DNA of 64,000 nucleotides, from contig JASTWF010000034.1 in NCBI GenBank assembly GCA_030390025.1, forward strand, positions 5,270,001-5,334,000, written 5' to 3'. The DNA is from Squalus acanthias (taxonomy: Eukaryota). The position numbers and the translations under genes are program-made. The notes under the pieces were generated by a model, which was not told the DNA's origin, searched no databases, and was given only the letters and a program-made list of their open reading frames with translations. Shown here in pieces: positions 1 to 12,190 of the stretch (its first letter is position 1; every line of letters starts with the position of its first letter).

Positions 1-1090
1 GATTCAAAATTGGCTTAGTGGCAGGAGGCAGAGGGTGATGGTCGAAGGTTGTTTTTGTGACTGGAAGCCTGTGTCCAGTGCTGTACTGCAGGGATCGGTG
101 CTGGGTGCTTTGCTGTTTGTAGTGTACATTACTGATTTAGATATGAATGTAGGAGGTATGATCAGTAAGTTTGCAGATGACACGAAAGTTTGTGGGGTGG
201 TAAATAGCGAGGAGGGAAGCCTCAGGCTACAGGACGATATAGACGGGTTGGTTAGATGGGCAGAAGAGTGGCAAATGGAATTTAATCTTGAAAAGTGTGA
301 GGTGATGCATTTTGAGAGGACTAACAAGGCAAGGGAATAAACAATGAATGGTAAGACCCGAGGAAGGACAGAGGATCAGAGGGACCTTGGTGTGCATGTA
401 CATAGATACCTGAAGGCAGCAGGACAGGCAGATAAGGTGGTTAAAAATGCATATTGGATACTTGCCTTCATTAGCCGAGGCATAGCATATAAGAGCAGGG
501 AGGTTATGATGGAGCTGTACAAAATGCTAGTTAGGCCACAGCTGGAATACTGTGTGCATTTCTGGTCGCCACACTATAGGACGGATATGATTGCATTAGC
601 GGGGGTGCAGAGGAGATTCACCAGGATGTTATCTGGGCTGCAGCGTTTCAGGTATGAAGAGAGACTGGACAGGCTGGGGTATTTTTCCTTCGAGCAGAGA
701 CGGCCGAGGGGTGACCTGATTGAGGTGTACAAAAATATGAGGGGCATAGATAGGGTACCTAGAAAGGAACTTTTCCCCATAGTAGAAGTGTCAATAACCA
801 GGGGGCATAGTTTCAAGCTAAGGGGCAGGCGGTATAGAGGGGATTTGAGGAAAAACCTTTTCACCCAGAGGGTGGTTGGAATCTGGAACTCACTGCCTGA
901 AAGGGGGGTAGAGGCAGGAATCTTCACAGCATTCAAGAAGCATTTAGATGAGCACTTGAAACGCCTTTGCATACAAGGCTGTGGATCAAGTGCTGGAAAA
1001 TGGGATTAATATAGACAGGGCTTGATGGCCGGCGCGGACACGATGGGCCGAAGGGCCTCTTTCTGTGCTGTATAACTCTATGACTCTATT
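1..1090 (+). mobile_element. CR1 LINE, 3' part (RT C-terminal half and 3' UTR)
   Basis: ORFs 35-340 and 344-1009 carry QGSVLG, KFADDTK and LVRPQLEYC; ends in a (ACTCTATG)-type microsatellite tail near 1071-1090. Confidence 0.93.
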
Positions 1091-1294
1091 ACTTCCATAT
1101 AAACACTACTTACTCTAAACTAGAGACCTTACTTTTAATTTAACGACTGGTCTGTAGAAATATTCACCAGGTCCTGCAAGCTGACAAAGATAGAAAAAGA
1201 AAGGAACACCTCCCTCCCCGAACTCCCTCACTCACCATAATCGCAGTTTCACATTCTGTTCCAAGCTACACTCCGTGACAAACTGCACTCTAGC

Positions 1295-2000
1295 CAGTAC
1301 TAAGGGAGTGCTGCATTTTCGGAGGTGCAGGACTAAGGGAGTGCATCTCTGTCAGTGGGGCAGTACTGAGGGAGCACTGCACTGTCGGAGGGGCAGTACT
1401 GAAGGAGTGCATCTCTGTCAGCGGGGCAGTACTGAGGGATCGCTGCACTGTCAGAGGGGCAGTACTGAGGGATCGCTGCACTGTCAAAGGGGCAGTACTG
1501 AGGGAGCACTGCACTGTCAGATGGGCAGTACTGAGGGAGCGCTGCACTGTCAGATGGGCAGTACTGAGGGAGCACTGCACTGTCAGAGGGGCAGTACTGA
1601 GGGAGCACTGCACTGTCGGAGGGGCAGTACTGAGGGATCGCTGCACTGTCAGAGGAGCAGTACTGAGGGATCGCTGCACTGTCAGAGGGGCAGTACTGAG
1701 GGAGTACTACACTGTAAGAGGGGCAGTACTGAGGGAGCAGTGTACTGTCGGAGGAGCAGTACTGAGGGTGCACTGCACTGTCAGAGGGGCAGTCCTGAGG
1801 GAGCACTGCACTGTCAGAGGGGCAGTACTGAGGGAGCACTGCACTGTCAGAGGGGCAGTACTGAGGGAGAACTGCACTGTCAGAGGGGCAGTACTGAGGG
1901 AGCACTGCACTGTCAGAGGGGCAGTACTGAGGGAGCACTGCACTGTCAGAGGGGCAGTACTGAGGGAGCACTGCACTGTCAGAGGTGCCGTCTCGCAGAT
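1295..2000 (+). repeat. 33-bp minisatellite (GCAGTACTGAGGGAGCACTGCACTGTCAGAGGG), about 21 copies
   Basis: Direct periodicity; 11-aa repeat in overlapping ORFs. Confidence 0.95.
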
Positions 2001-2645
2001 GATTGGTGAGGACGAGGTAAAGCAGGCTTTTCTCTCATCTTTGGTCTCCCATCTCATGCCGCAATCCCAGTCTGGCAGCTGTGTTCTACAGGGCTCGGTT
2101 ACTGATGGTACTTCCGAGCCACTCTTGGTGATGGACATTGAAGTTTCCCCCTCCCGACCCAGTGTATAATTTGCGCCCTTTCTGCTCTTGGTGCTCCCAT
2201 CAACTGGTGTTCAGCATGAAGATGTGCCGATTCATCAGCTGAGGGAGGGCGGTAGGTGGTAATCGGCAGGAAGTTACATTGCCCATGTCTGACTGGAAGC
2301 CATCAGACTTCATTACATCCTCAGGCAATGTTGAGGACTCACAGGGTTTCTCCCTCCCGATTGTGTACCCCTGTGCCCCCACCTCTGGTGGGGCTGTGCA
2401 GACCGTGGAATGGTGATGGAGGGTTTGAGAATGTTTACTGACAGGTATGGTTCTGTGAGTATGATTATGCGAGAATTTAATGTTTCCAGAGAGTTTCCTG
2501 GAGTATTCAGGTGCTTACAGCGTATTTATCTCATTGGTTAATATTTAAGTGTTTTCCTTTGATTCCTTCGTATTAATCCTTTGCTCCTTTTTATTATTCT
2601 TCCCCTCGGTCAAACACGATGACATGTTTGTCTGGATAAGGTCAT

Positions 2646-2686
2646 TCTTCTTCTTCTTCTTCTTCTTCTTCTTCTTCTTCTTCTTC
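2646..2686 (+). repeat. (TTC)n microsatellite
   Basis: Direct reading. Confidence 0.95.
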
Positions 2687-2719
2687 TATTTTCAGGCAAT
2701 AGACAAATGAACTGAGAAT

Positions 2720-3062
2720 TAAATTCCTGGACTGAGGTGGGAGCAGTGTAATCTAGGCAGCCCTGGGAACGAAATTCCTGGACTGAGGCGGGAGCACTGT
2801 AATCTAGGCAGCCCTGGGAATGAAATTCCTGGACTGAGGTGGGAGCAATGTAATGTAGGCAGCCCTGGGAATGAAATTCCTGGACTGAGGAGGGAGCAGT
2901 GTAATCTAGGCGGCCCTGGGAATGAATTTCCTGGATTGAGGCAGGAGCAGTGTAATCTAGGCGGCCCTGGCAATGAAATTCCTGGATTGAGGCAGGAGCA
3001 GTGTAATCTAGGCAGCCCTGGGAATGAAATTCCTGGACTGCGTTGGGAGCAGTGTAATCTAG
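2720..3062 (+). repeat. 51-bp tandem repeat, about 6.7 copies
   Basis: Unit GAAATTCCTGGACTGAGGYGGGAGCAGTGTAATCTAGGCAGCCCTGGGAAT; 17-aa periodicity in ORFs. Confidence 0.93.
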
Positions 3063-4494
3063 TCGAGTCCCATCGTTCCATCACTGGGATATTCTCTCAG
3101 ATCCTGCCATTTAAGACCATTTATTTATTATTTCTTTAATCCTGATGTTCTGGTATGGAATAAATCAGAGAACGAGTGTGGGGAAATCCATTTTGTCAGT
3201 GGTCTAAACAGAGTGCTAAGGTTGTGAATTTGGAAAGTTTGGGAATTAGGAGCAGTGGGGGAAGGAGGAGAGAGCGAGAGGAGAGGCCGGAGATAAAGGT
3301 AGGCCAGAGAACCCGGAGCTGGGAGCGAGTGGAAGGGAGTTCGGTTAGTGACATCAGCACAAGGGAAGACGCTGCAAAGAAAAAATAGTATGTTGATTGT
3401 GACTTTTTGAAGTCTTGAGTTTAATTCCGTTAAGTTCGTTGGTAGTCTATTAAATAGAGGCTTGGCAGGGCACCTCAGTCCCGTGGAATGCACACCTTGT
3501 GCCATGTGGGAACTCCAGGACACTTCCCACGGGTTTCGGAACTTGAGCAGCAGCTGGCGTCACTGCGGTGCATCCGTGAGGCTGAGAGCTCCGTGGATAG
3601 CAGGTTTCAGGAGGTGGTCACCCCGCAGCATAAGAGTGTGCAGGCAGAGAGGGAACGTGTGACCGTGAGACAGACAAGGAGAACCACGCATTTAGTGCAG
3701 GAGCCCCATGAGTGCATCTTACTCTCGAACCAGTATTCGATGGTTCCTCTGGGGAGTACAACCAGAGCCAAGTCCATGGCAACACTGGTGGCTGAGCTGT
3801 AGGGGGGTGGCAGTAAGGTCGGGAAAGCAATAGTGATAGGAGATTCGATAGTTAAAGGAACAGACAGGTGTTTCTCCAGCCACAGACGTGACTCCAGGAT
3901 GAGATGTTGCCTCCCTGGTGCCAGGGTCAAGGATGTCACTGAGTGGCTGCAGGACATTCTGAGGGGTGATGGTGAACAGACTGAGGTCGTGGTCCATATT
4001 GGCATCATCGACACAGGTAGAGAGAGGGATGTGATCCTGTAGGCAGATAATAGGGAGCTTGGAAAGAGATTATAAAGCAGGACCTCGAAGGTAGTAATCT
4101 CCAGATTACTCCTGGTGCCACGAGCTAGTGAATATATAAATAGGAGGATAGAGCAATTAAATGTGTGGCTGGAGATATGGTGCAGGAGGGAGGGCTTTAG
4201 ATTCCTGGGACATTGGGGCCGGTTCTGGGGGAGGTGGGACCTGAAAATGCCGGACGGGTTGCAACTCAACAGAGCCAGAACCAATATACTCACGAGGTGT
4301 GGGCGGAGGTGGTTGCTGCTGCTGTTGGGGAGCATTTAAACTAATCTGTCAGGGGGATGGGCACCAGGATGTGGCATTAGAAAGGAGAAACAAGGTTCAC
4401 AAAGGATAGGGAGAGACAGATAGCAGTAGAGTATGAAATAGTACGGTATTATGTGGGTTCAGACTAACAGAAAATCCAAGAAGGTCTAAGATAG

Positions 4495-5240
4495 AAACAG
4501 AAAATGCTGGAAACACTCAGCAGCTCAGGCAGCATCCGTGGAGAGAGAAACAGAGTTAACGTTTCAGGTCTGTGACCCTTCATCAGAACTGGAAAAAGTT
4601 AGAGATGTAACAGTTTATAAGCAGGTGCAGGGGCAGGGAAAGGGGGGAGTGGAGGAAATAACAAAAGGGATGGTCTGTGATAGGTTGGAAGGGAGGAGTG
4701 GTTAAATGTTCCCAATGGGGATGACAGAATCCTCAACAGCTGCCGCCTGAGCTGCAGTCAGAGTGGGAGTGGAGCGGAGAATGAAAGTGACAAGCGTTCC
4801 ATCCCACTCTGACCTCTCTGTTCTCGGCCTCTTACAACGTAAGCTCGAGGAACAACACCTCATCTTTCTATTGGGCACTTTACAGCCTTCTGGACTCAAC
4901 ACTGAGTTCAACAATTTCAGACCATATCCTCGGCCCCCATTTTTTCAGGAGGCAGCTGTTGATGATTCTGCCATTCCCATTTACAACATTTAACCACTCC
5001 TGCATTCCACCCTATCACAGACCTTCCCTTTTGTTATTTCCTCCCCTCCCACCTTTCCCTGTCCCTACACCTGCTTATAACCTGTTACATCTCTAACTTT
5101 TTCCAGATCTGACGAAGGGTCACAGACCTGAAACGTTAACTCTGTTTCTCTCTCCACAGATGCTGCCTGACCTGTTGGGTGTTTCCAGCATTTTCTGTTG
5201 TTGTTTCAGATTTCCAGCATCCGCAGTATTTTGCTATTGA
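4495..5240. mobile_element. Penelope-derived fold-back insertion: two ~255-bp inverted arms around a GIY-YIG C-terminal fragment
   Basis: 4495-4750 is the reverse complement of about 4945-5200; the centre encodes RKLEEQHLIFLLGTLQPSGLNTEFNNF; flanked by AAGGTCTAAGA / AAGGTCGAAGA. Confidence 0.85.
5102..5144 (+). ncRNA. Minimal type I hammerhead ribozyme motif (Penelope-associated)
   Basis: CTGACGA(5109)-AGGGTCACAGACCT (stem II)-GAAA-CGTTA; mirror copy with CTGATGA on the minus strand at 4552-4592. Confidence 0.75.
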
Positions 5241-5754
5241 AAGGTCGAAGAAACGTTTACAGTGTATGTGTGTAAACGCACGAAGCGTGGTAAATAAGGT
5301 GGGTGAGCTGCAGGCGCAAATAGCCACATAGGAAAATGATGTTGAGGCGATAACAGAGACCTGGTTCTGAAAAGGGCAGGAGTGGGTACTAAATATTCCT
5401 AGATATAAGATGTTCGGGAAAGATAGTGGAGGAAAGAAATGAGGTGGTGTGGCAGTATTGATTAAGGAGAATATCACAGTGCTGGAGAGAGAGGATGTCT
5501 TGGAGGGGTCAAGGTCAGAATCTAATTGGTTAGAATTAAGACTCAATAGAGGTTCCATTACACTACTAGGTGTATTCTATAGACCACCAACTAGTGGGAA
5601 GGATATAGAGGAGCAAATCTGCAGGGAAATTAGAGAGGTGGAAGAAATGTAGAGTAGTAATAATGAGGGATCTTCAATTATCCCAATATTGACTGAGATA
5701 GTAATAGTATAATGGGCAGAGAGGGAGAAGAATTTCTGAAATGTTTTCAAGAGA

Positions 5755-6580
5755 ATTTTTTTTCGTTTCTGGAATGTGTGCGTCGCTGGCGAGGCCAGCA
5801 TTTATTGCCCATCCCTCAATGCCCTCGAGAAGGTGGTGGTGAGCCGCCTTCCTCAACCGCTGCAGTCCATGTGGTGAAGGTACTCCCACAGTGCTGTTAG
5901 GGACGGAGTTCCAGGATTTTGACCCAGTGACGATGAAGGATCGGTGATATACTTCTAAGTCAGGATGGTGTGTGACTTGGAGGGGAACTTGCAGGTGGTG
6001 GTGTTCCCATGCACCTGCTGCCCTTGTCCTTCTAGGTGGAAGAGGTCGCGGGTTTGAGAGGTGTTGTCGAAGATGCCTTGGTGAGTTGCTGCAGTGCATC
6101 TTGTAGGTGCTACACACTGCAGCCACGATACGTCGGTGGTGGAGGGAGTGAATGTTTAAGGCGGTGAATCGTGTGCCAATCAAGGGGGATGCTTTGTCCT
6201 GGATGGTGTCGAGCTTCTTGAGTGTTGTTGGAGCTGTACTCATCCAGGCAAGTGGAGAGTATTCCATCGCACTCCTGACTTGTGCCTTGTAGATGGTGGA
6301 AAGGCTTTGGGGAGTCAGGAGTTGAGACACTCGCTGCAGAATACCTAGCCTCTGACCTACTCTTGTTGCCACAGTATTTATGTGTCTGGTCCAATTAAGG
6401 TTCTGGCCAATGGTGACTCTCAGGGTATTGATGGTGAAGGATTCGTCGATGGTAATTCTGTTGGATGTCAAGGGGAGGTGGTTAGACTCTCGCCTGTTGG
6501 ACATAGTATTTGCCTGTCACTTTTGTGGTGCGAATGTTACCTGCCACTTACCAGCCCAATCCTGAACGTCGTCCAGGTTG
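5755..6580 (-). mobile_element. 3' fragment of a second CR1-group (L2/Crack-like) LINE nested in CR1 ORF2
   Basis: ORF 5674-6504 has YKAQVRSAMEYSPLAW...KLDTIQDKA; A-rich tail near 5755-5763. Confidence 0.82.
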
Positions 6581-8917
6581 GTGCATTTCTGGCCCAAAGA
6601 GGAAGGAGGCATTGCTGGATCTGGTTCTCAGGAATGAGGTAGGTTAAGTGCAGCAAGTGTCAGTAAGGGAACATTTAGGGAATAGTGATCATAGTATCAT
6701 AATGTTTAGATTAGCTATGGAAAAGGACAAGGAGCAATCTAGAGTAAAAATACTTAATTGGAGGAGGGCCAATTTCAGTGGGTTGAGAACGGAGCTGGCT
6801 TGGGTAAAAGAAATCAAAGATAAGCAGGCAAAACTGTCATTGAACAATGGGCTGCCTTTAAAGAAGAGATGATTTGGGTACAATTGAGGTACATTTCTAC
6901 GAGTGGGTTGGGTAGCGCAAAAAAAGCCAGCGCTCCCTGGATGACAAAAGAGATTTTGAGTAAGAGTAAGCAGGAGAAGTGGGCATATGACAGATATCAA
7001 GTTCAGAGTACAAGTGAGAACCAGGCTGAATATAGAAAGTTCAGAGAGGAAGTGTAAAAGGGAATAAGAGAGGCAAAGAGAGTGTATTAGAATAGATTGG
7101 CAGCAAACAAAAAATTGGATCCAAAAGTCTTCTAAAGGCATATAAATAGTAAACGGGTACGAAGAGGTGGGGTGCGGCTGATTAAGGACCAAAAAGGAGA
7201 CCTACGAATGGAGGCAGAGGGCATGGCTGAGATACTAAATGAATACTTTGCATCTGTTTTTACCAAGGAAGAAACTGCTGCCAAAGTCATAGTGAAAGAG
7301 AAGGTAGTTGAGATACTGGATGGGCTAAAAGTTGATAAGACGAGGTACTAGAAAGGCTGGCTGTACTTAAAGTAGATAAGTCACCAGGAGCGGATGGGAT
7401 GCATCCTAGGATGCTAAGGGAAGTTGGGAAATTGCGGAGGTACTGGCCATAATCTTCCAATCCTCCTTCGATACGGTGTGTTGGCAGAAGACTGGAGAAT
7501 TGCAAATGTTACACCCTTGTTCAAAAACGGGTGTAAGGATAAACCCAGAAAATACAGAGCAGTCAGTTTAACCTTGGTGGTTGGGAAGCTTTTAGAAACG
7601 ATAACCCGGGACAAAATTAACAGTCACTTGGACAAGTGTGGATTAATTAAGGAAATCCAGCACGGATTTGTCAAAGGCAATCGTGTTTAACTAACTTGAC
7701 GTGTTTTCTAATCATTTAACAGAGAGGGTTGCTAAGCAGAATGCGGTTGACATGGATTTCAAAAAGACGTTGATAAAGTGCCATATAATTAGCTTGCTCG
7801 CAAAGCTGAAGCCCATGGAATAAAAGGGACAGTGCAGCAAAGATAAGAAATTGGTTAAGTGACAGGAAACTGAGAGTAGTGGTGAACGGTTGTTTTCTGG
7901 ACTGGAGGAAGGTACACAGTGGTGTTCCCCAGGGGTCGGTACTAGGACAACTGCTTTTTTTGATATTTGTTAATGATTTGGACTTGGGGGTACAGGGCAC
8001 AATTTCTAAATTTGCAGATGACTCAAAACTTGGAAGTATAGTGAACAGTGAGGAGGATAGTGATAGACTTGAAGAGGACAGAGACAGGCTGGTGAAATGG
8101 GCGGACACGTGGCAGATGACATTTAATGCAGAAAAGTGTGAAATGATACAGTTTGGTATGAAGAATGAGGAGAGACAATATAAACTAAAGGGTACAATTC
8201 TGAAAGTGGTGCATGAACAGAGAAACAAATCGTTGAAGGTTGCAGGGCAAGTTGAAAAGGTGGTTAAAAAAGCATACGGGATCCTGGGCTTCATAAATAG
8301 AGGCTTCGAGTATAGAAACAAGGAAGTTATGATGAACCTGTATAAAACATTGGTTCGGCCTCAACTGGAGTATTGTGTCCAATTCTGGGGCCCGCACTTT
8401 AGGAAGGATTTGAATGATTAGAGCGGGTGCAGAAAGGATTTACAAGAATTATTCCAGGGATTACGGACTTCAGTTACGTGGATAGACTGGAGAAGCTGGG
8501 GTTGTTATCCTTAGAGCAGAGAAGGTTGAGAGGAGATGTGATAGAGGTGTTCAAAATCATGAGGGTTCTGGACAGAGTAGATAGAGAGAAACTGTTCCCA
8601 TTGGTGGAAAGATCGCTAATCAGAGGACACAGATTTAAGGTGATTGGCAGAATAACCAAAGGCGACATGAGAAAAAACTTTTTTATGCAGCGAGTGGTTA
8701 GGATCTGGAATGCACTGCCTTAAAGGGTGGAGGAGGCAGATTCAGTTGTTGCTTTCAAAAGGGAATTGGATAAGTACCTGAAGGAAAAAAAACGCACTGC
8801 TTCGGGGAAAGGGTGGGGGAGTGGGACTTGCTGAATTGCTCTTGCAGAGAGCTGGCACGGGCTCGACGGGCCGAATGGCCTCCTTCTGCGTTGTAACCGT
8901 TCTATGATTCTATCTGT

Positions 8918-9372
8918 TAAGAAAGAAAGACTTGCATTTATATAGCACCTTTCACGACCACTGGACATCTCAAAACGCTTTACAGCCAATGAAGTACTTT
9001 CGGAAGTGTAGTCACTGTTGTATTGTGGGAAACACGGCAGCCAATTAGTGCACAGCAAGCTCCCACAAACAACAATGTGATAATGACCAGATAATCTGTT
9101 TCTGTTATGTTGATTGTTGGATAAACATTGATCAGTACACCGGGGATAACTCCCCTGCTCCTCTTCAAAATAGGGTCATGGAATCTTTTACGTCCACCTG
9201 AGAGTGCAGACAGGACCGTTGTTTAACGGCACCTCCGACAGTGCCGCACTCCCTCCGCACTGCAATGGAGTGTCAGCCTTGAATTATGTGCTATAAGTTC
9301 CTGCAGTGGGTCTTGAACCCAGAATCCTCTAGAGTCAGAAGCGAGTGTGCTACCCACTGAGCCACAGCTAAC
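8918..9372 (-). mobile_element. tRNA-headed Deu-domain SINE (SacSINE1/AmnSINE-like)
   Basis: On the minus strand: A box TGGCTCAGTGG, B box GGTTCAAGACC, Deu core CAGGTGGACGTAAAAGATTCCATG...TGTGGGAGCTTGCTGTGC, and tail ATATAAATGCAAGTCTTTCTTTCTT. Confidence 0.85.
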
Positions 9373-9489
9373 ACATTACGCCTGCCTTTTTTCTGTCACT
9401 TTCTCGTCTTTTGTTCTCAGCTTAAGATCAATACAGGAAGAGAAACTCCCTTCTCTCTGTTCTGTCTTCGGTATTTTTGGACTCTGCTA

Positions 9490-9628
9490 GAATCAAGGGG
9501 TATGAGGATGGGCTGGGTGTCGGGGAATGTGGATTTGAGGTCGAAGATCAGCCATGATCTCATTCAATGAGGGGCTCGAAAGACCGTATTGCCAACTGTT
9601 GCTCCTAATTCTTATATTCTTATGTTTA
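9490..9628 (+). mobile_element. Short CR1 3'-end remnant
   Basis: GATCAGCCATGATC...TTCTTATATTCTTATGT tail. Confidence 0.7.
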
Positions 9629-9799
9629 TGGGCGGGTGAAATATTACGTATTCGCTCACTTTTAATTTAAAACTGTGTACAATAAGGTGAGCTAGATTAT
9701 GCTGCAGTAAAGTGTGGTGGTGACAATGGTTCAATGAGTCTGTTTGTTCAATTACTGTAATTAATGCCAGTTACAGTGAGGGCTAATGATGTCGCTGAT

Positions 9800-10495
9800 T
9801 GTAAGCATGCAGGTGCAGCAGGCGTTTAAGAAGGCAAATGGTACGTTAGCCTTCATAGCGAGAGGATTCGAGTACAGGAGCAAGGATGTCTTGCTGCAGT
9901 TGTACAGGGCCTTGGTGAGACCACACCTTGAGTATTGTGTGCAATTGTGGTCGCCTTATCTGAGGAAGGATGTTCTTGCCATGGAGGCAGTGCAGCGAAG
10001 ATTCACCAGACTGATACCTGGGATGGCAGGAATGACGTATGAAGAGAGATTGGGTCGATTGGGCTTCTATTCGCTAGAGTTTAGAAGAATTAGAGGAGAT
10101 CTCATTGAAACTTATAAAATTCTAACAGGACTAGACAGACTAGATGCAGGAAGGATTTTCCCGATGGTGGGGGTGTCCAGAACCAGGGGTCACAGTCTAA
10201 GGATAAGGGGTAAGACATTTAGGAATAAGATGAGGAGGAATTTGTTCACCCAGAGAGTGGTGAACCTGTGGAATTCTCTACCACAGAAGACAGTTGAGTC
10301 CAATTCATTAAATATATTCAAGAAGGAGATGGATATATTTCATAAGGCTAAGGGGATCAAGGGATATGGGGAGAAAGCAGGGACAGGGTACTGAATTTGG
10401 ATGATCAGCCAAGATCGCATTGAATGGCGGAGCAGGCTCGAGGGGCCGAATGGCCTATTCCTGCTCCTATCTTCTATGTTTCTATGTTTCTATGT
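9800..10495 (+). mobile_element. 5'-truncated CR1 LINE
   Basis: ORF 9786-10394 matches the CR1 ORF2 C-terminus; (TTCTATGT)n tail. Confidence 0.92.
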
Positions 10496-10499
10496 GCTT

Positions 10500-11845
10500 C
10501 TACATCCCAGAGGCCATCTTCTCAGTAAAGGGTTAGAATCAGTGTCTTATGAGCCACTCACGGACGGCCCTTGCAGTGGCAACATTGTGCGCCTCCCTCC
10601 CACGTTGGTGCTGCTGATTCTCCTCCTCCTCCTCCTTTTCCTCTTCCTCCTTCTCCTCAGGTGGTGCACCAAATCTGGTGGCAATGGCTGGGTCCTCATG
10701 TTTGCAACGTTATGAAGCATGCAGCACTCAACAATGAAGAGGAGACTTGCTCGGGAGAGTACTGCAGGGCTCCTCCTGAGTAGTCCAGACACCGGAACCG
10801 TTGTTTGAAGATGCCGACCGTCTGCTCTATGAGATTCCTGGTGGCGCTCTGGCTCTCATTGTATTGCCACTCGGCAGGGGTTTGGGGGTTATGCAGCGGT
10901 GTCATCAGCCAGGTGCAGAGTGGATAACCCTTGTCCCCGAGGTGCCATCCACTAGGTTGACACGATGGCAGGAAGAGGTCTGGCGCAGGATAAAAGTGTT
11001 GTTGCCGCTGCCATGATAGCGGGCATTGACGGCGAGTATGAGCTGTCTGTGGTCACAAACCAACTGGACATTCAAAGAGTGGAAGCCCTTGTGGTTTCTG
11101 AACACCAGTGCATTCTCATGAGTTGCCCACAATGCCACATGCATGCAGTCAAAGGCGCTCTGAATCATGGGGAAGCCCACTTACCTCGCAAAGCCACATG
11201 CGTGTTCGCACTGTTTGTCCTGGGTCATGGGAAGAGATGCACTGGCGTCTCCTCTTATACAAAGCCTTTGTCACCTCTCAGATGCAACAATGAACAGCGA
11301 ACTGGGAGATATTCGCTGTGTCCCCAGTCGAAGCCTGAAAGGAACCGCTGACTTAGAAATTCAGAGCCACTGTCACCTTCATTGCCATCGACAGAGACGT
11401 CCTGGTCCTGAGCTGAGGCTGCAGATCTGGTTGCAGGAGGTGGCAGAGCTCAGTGATCCCCTCCTTGCTGAAGCGCAGCCATTGGAAACACAGCTCCTCA
11501 GACAAATGGATATAGGAGGAGAATTGCTCCCTGAATACCCTGGGAGGGTAAGGTCTCATGTTGGCCCTCCTCCTTCTGGTCACGTTTGCCACTCTCTCTC
11601 TCTCCGCCTCTGCTGTCTCCGAAGGTGAAGCTGGACGACGAACACGCCCCAAGTTAGTGCAGCCCCTATCGAAGCTGCTAAATATCGTTCGAAGGTGAAA
11701 TAAAAATGAACCTCCAAATGACTGCTCAATTTCATGAGTGGCGATAATATAGCCGAGCTCGTACGCTAAGCTCCAATCGCCCTGTTACCCCTTCCCAACC
11801 CCCGAAGGTGCTCAGGGGAGGTGCTAACCAACCAATTTTCCCCCA
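10500..11845 (-). mobile_element. PIF/Harbinger transposon relic with fragmented HARBI1-like DDE transposase
   Basis: Fragments YPPRVFRE...LRFSKE, GFPMIQSAFDCMHV...[16 protein letters not shown] and [26 protein letters not shown]; terminus GGGGGAAAATTGG near 11832-11844. Confidence 0.88.
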
Positions 11846-12056
11846 TGATTATCTGTGTCATTCCCCATCCCATCCGCGCTGCTGTCAGCTATTGATTCTG
11901 AAGGTGATTTCGTGTTACCAAGATTCAAATGTTCAACTCAAGTAAATTTATTGGAAGTGACTCTTTATTTAACCAATATCAGTCTGCTACCGACACTGAA
12001 CATTTGTCTCAGATCAGAAGAATGCTGGCTTGGTTTAGGAGACTTTTCACCTAATG

Positions 12057-12190
12057 GCGAAAGGCCATCGACCTGAAACGTTAACTCTGTTTCTCTCTCT
12101 CGCCACAGATGCTGCCTGACCCGCTGAGTATTTCCACCATTTTCTGTTTTCATGTCAGATTTCCAGTATCCGCAGTATTTTGTGTTTGTT
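12057..12190 (+). mobile_element. Short Penelope 3'-end fragment with truncated hammerhead
   Basis: GACCTGAAACGTTAACTCTG...CCGCAGTATTTTG, same as the arm at 5120-5235. Confidence 0.8.

Larger units (their letters stand above)
3165..8915 (+). mobile_element. Near full-length degenerate CR1 LINE (5' UTR, SGNH-esterase ORF1, APE-RT ORF2), interrupted by two insertions
   Basis: ORF1 motifs IGDSIVKG and DGLQLN (3833-4339); EN motifs YRPP and LGNSDH; RT motifs PQGSVLG and FADD (7879-8421); 3' tail TTCTATGATTCTAT near 8900-8913; many stops and frameshifts. Confidence 0.9.

Noticed and set aside
1275..2169. His/Cys-rich repeat ORFs resembling zinc fingers
   Set aside because: Translations of the SINE-derived 33-bp minisatellite
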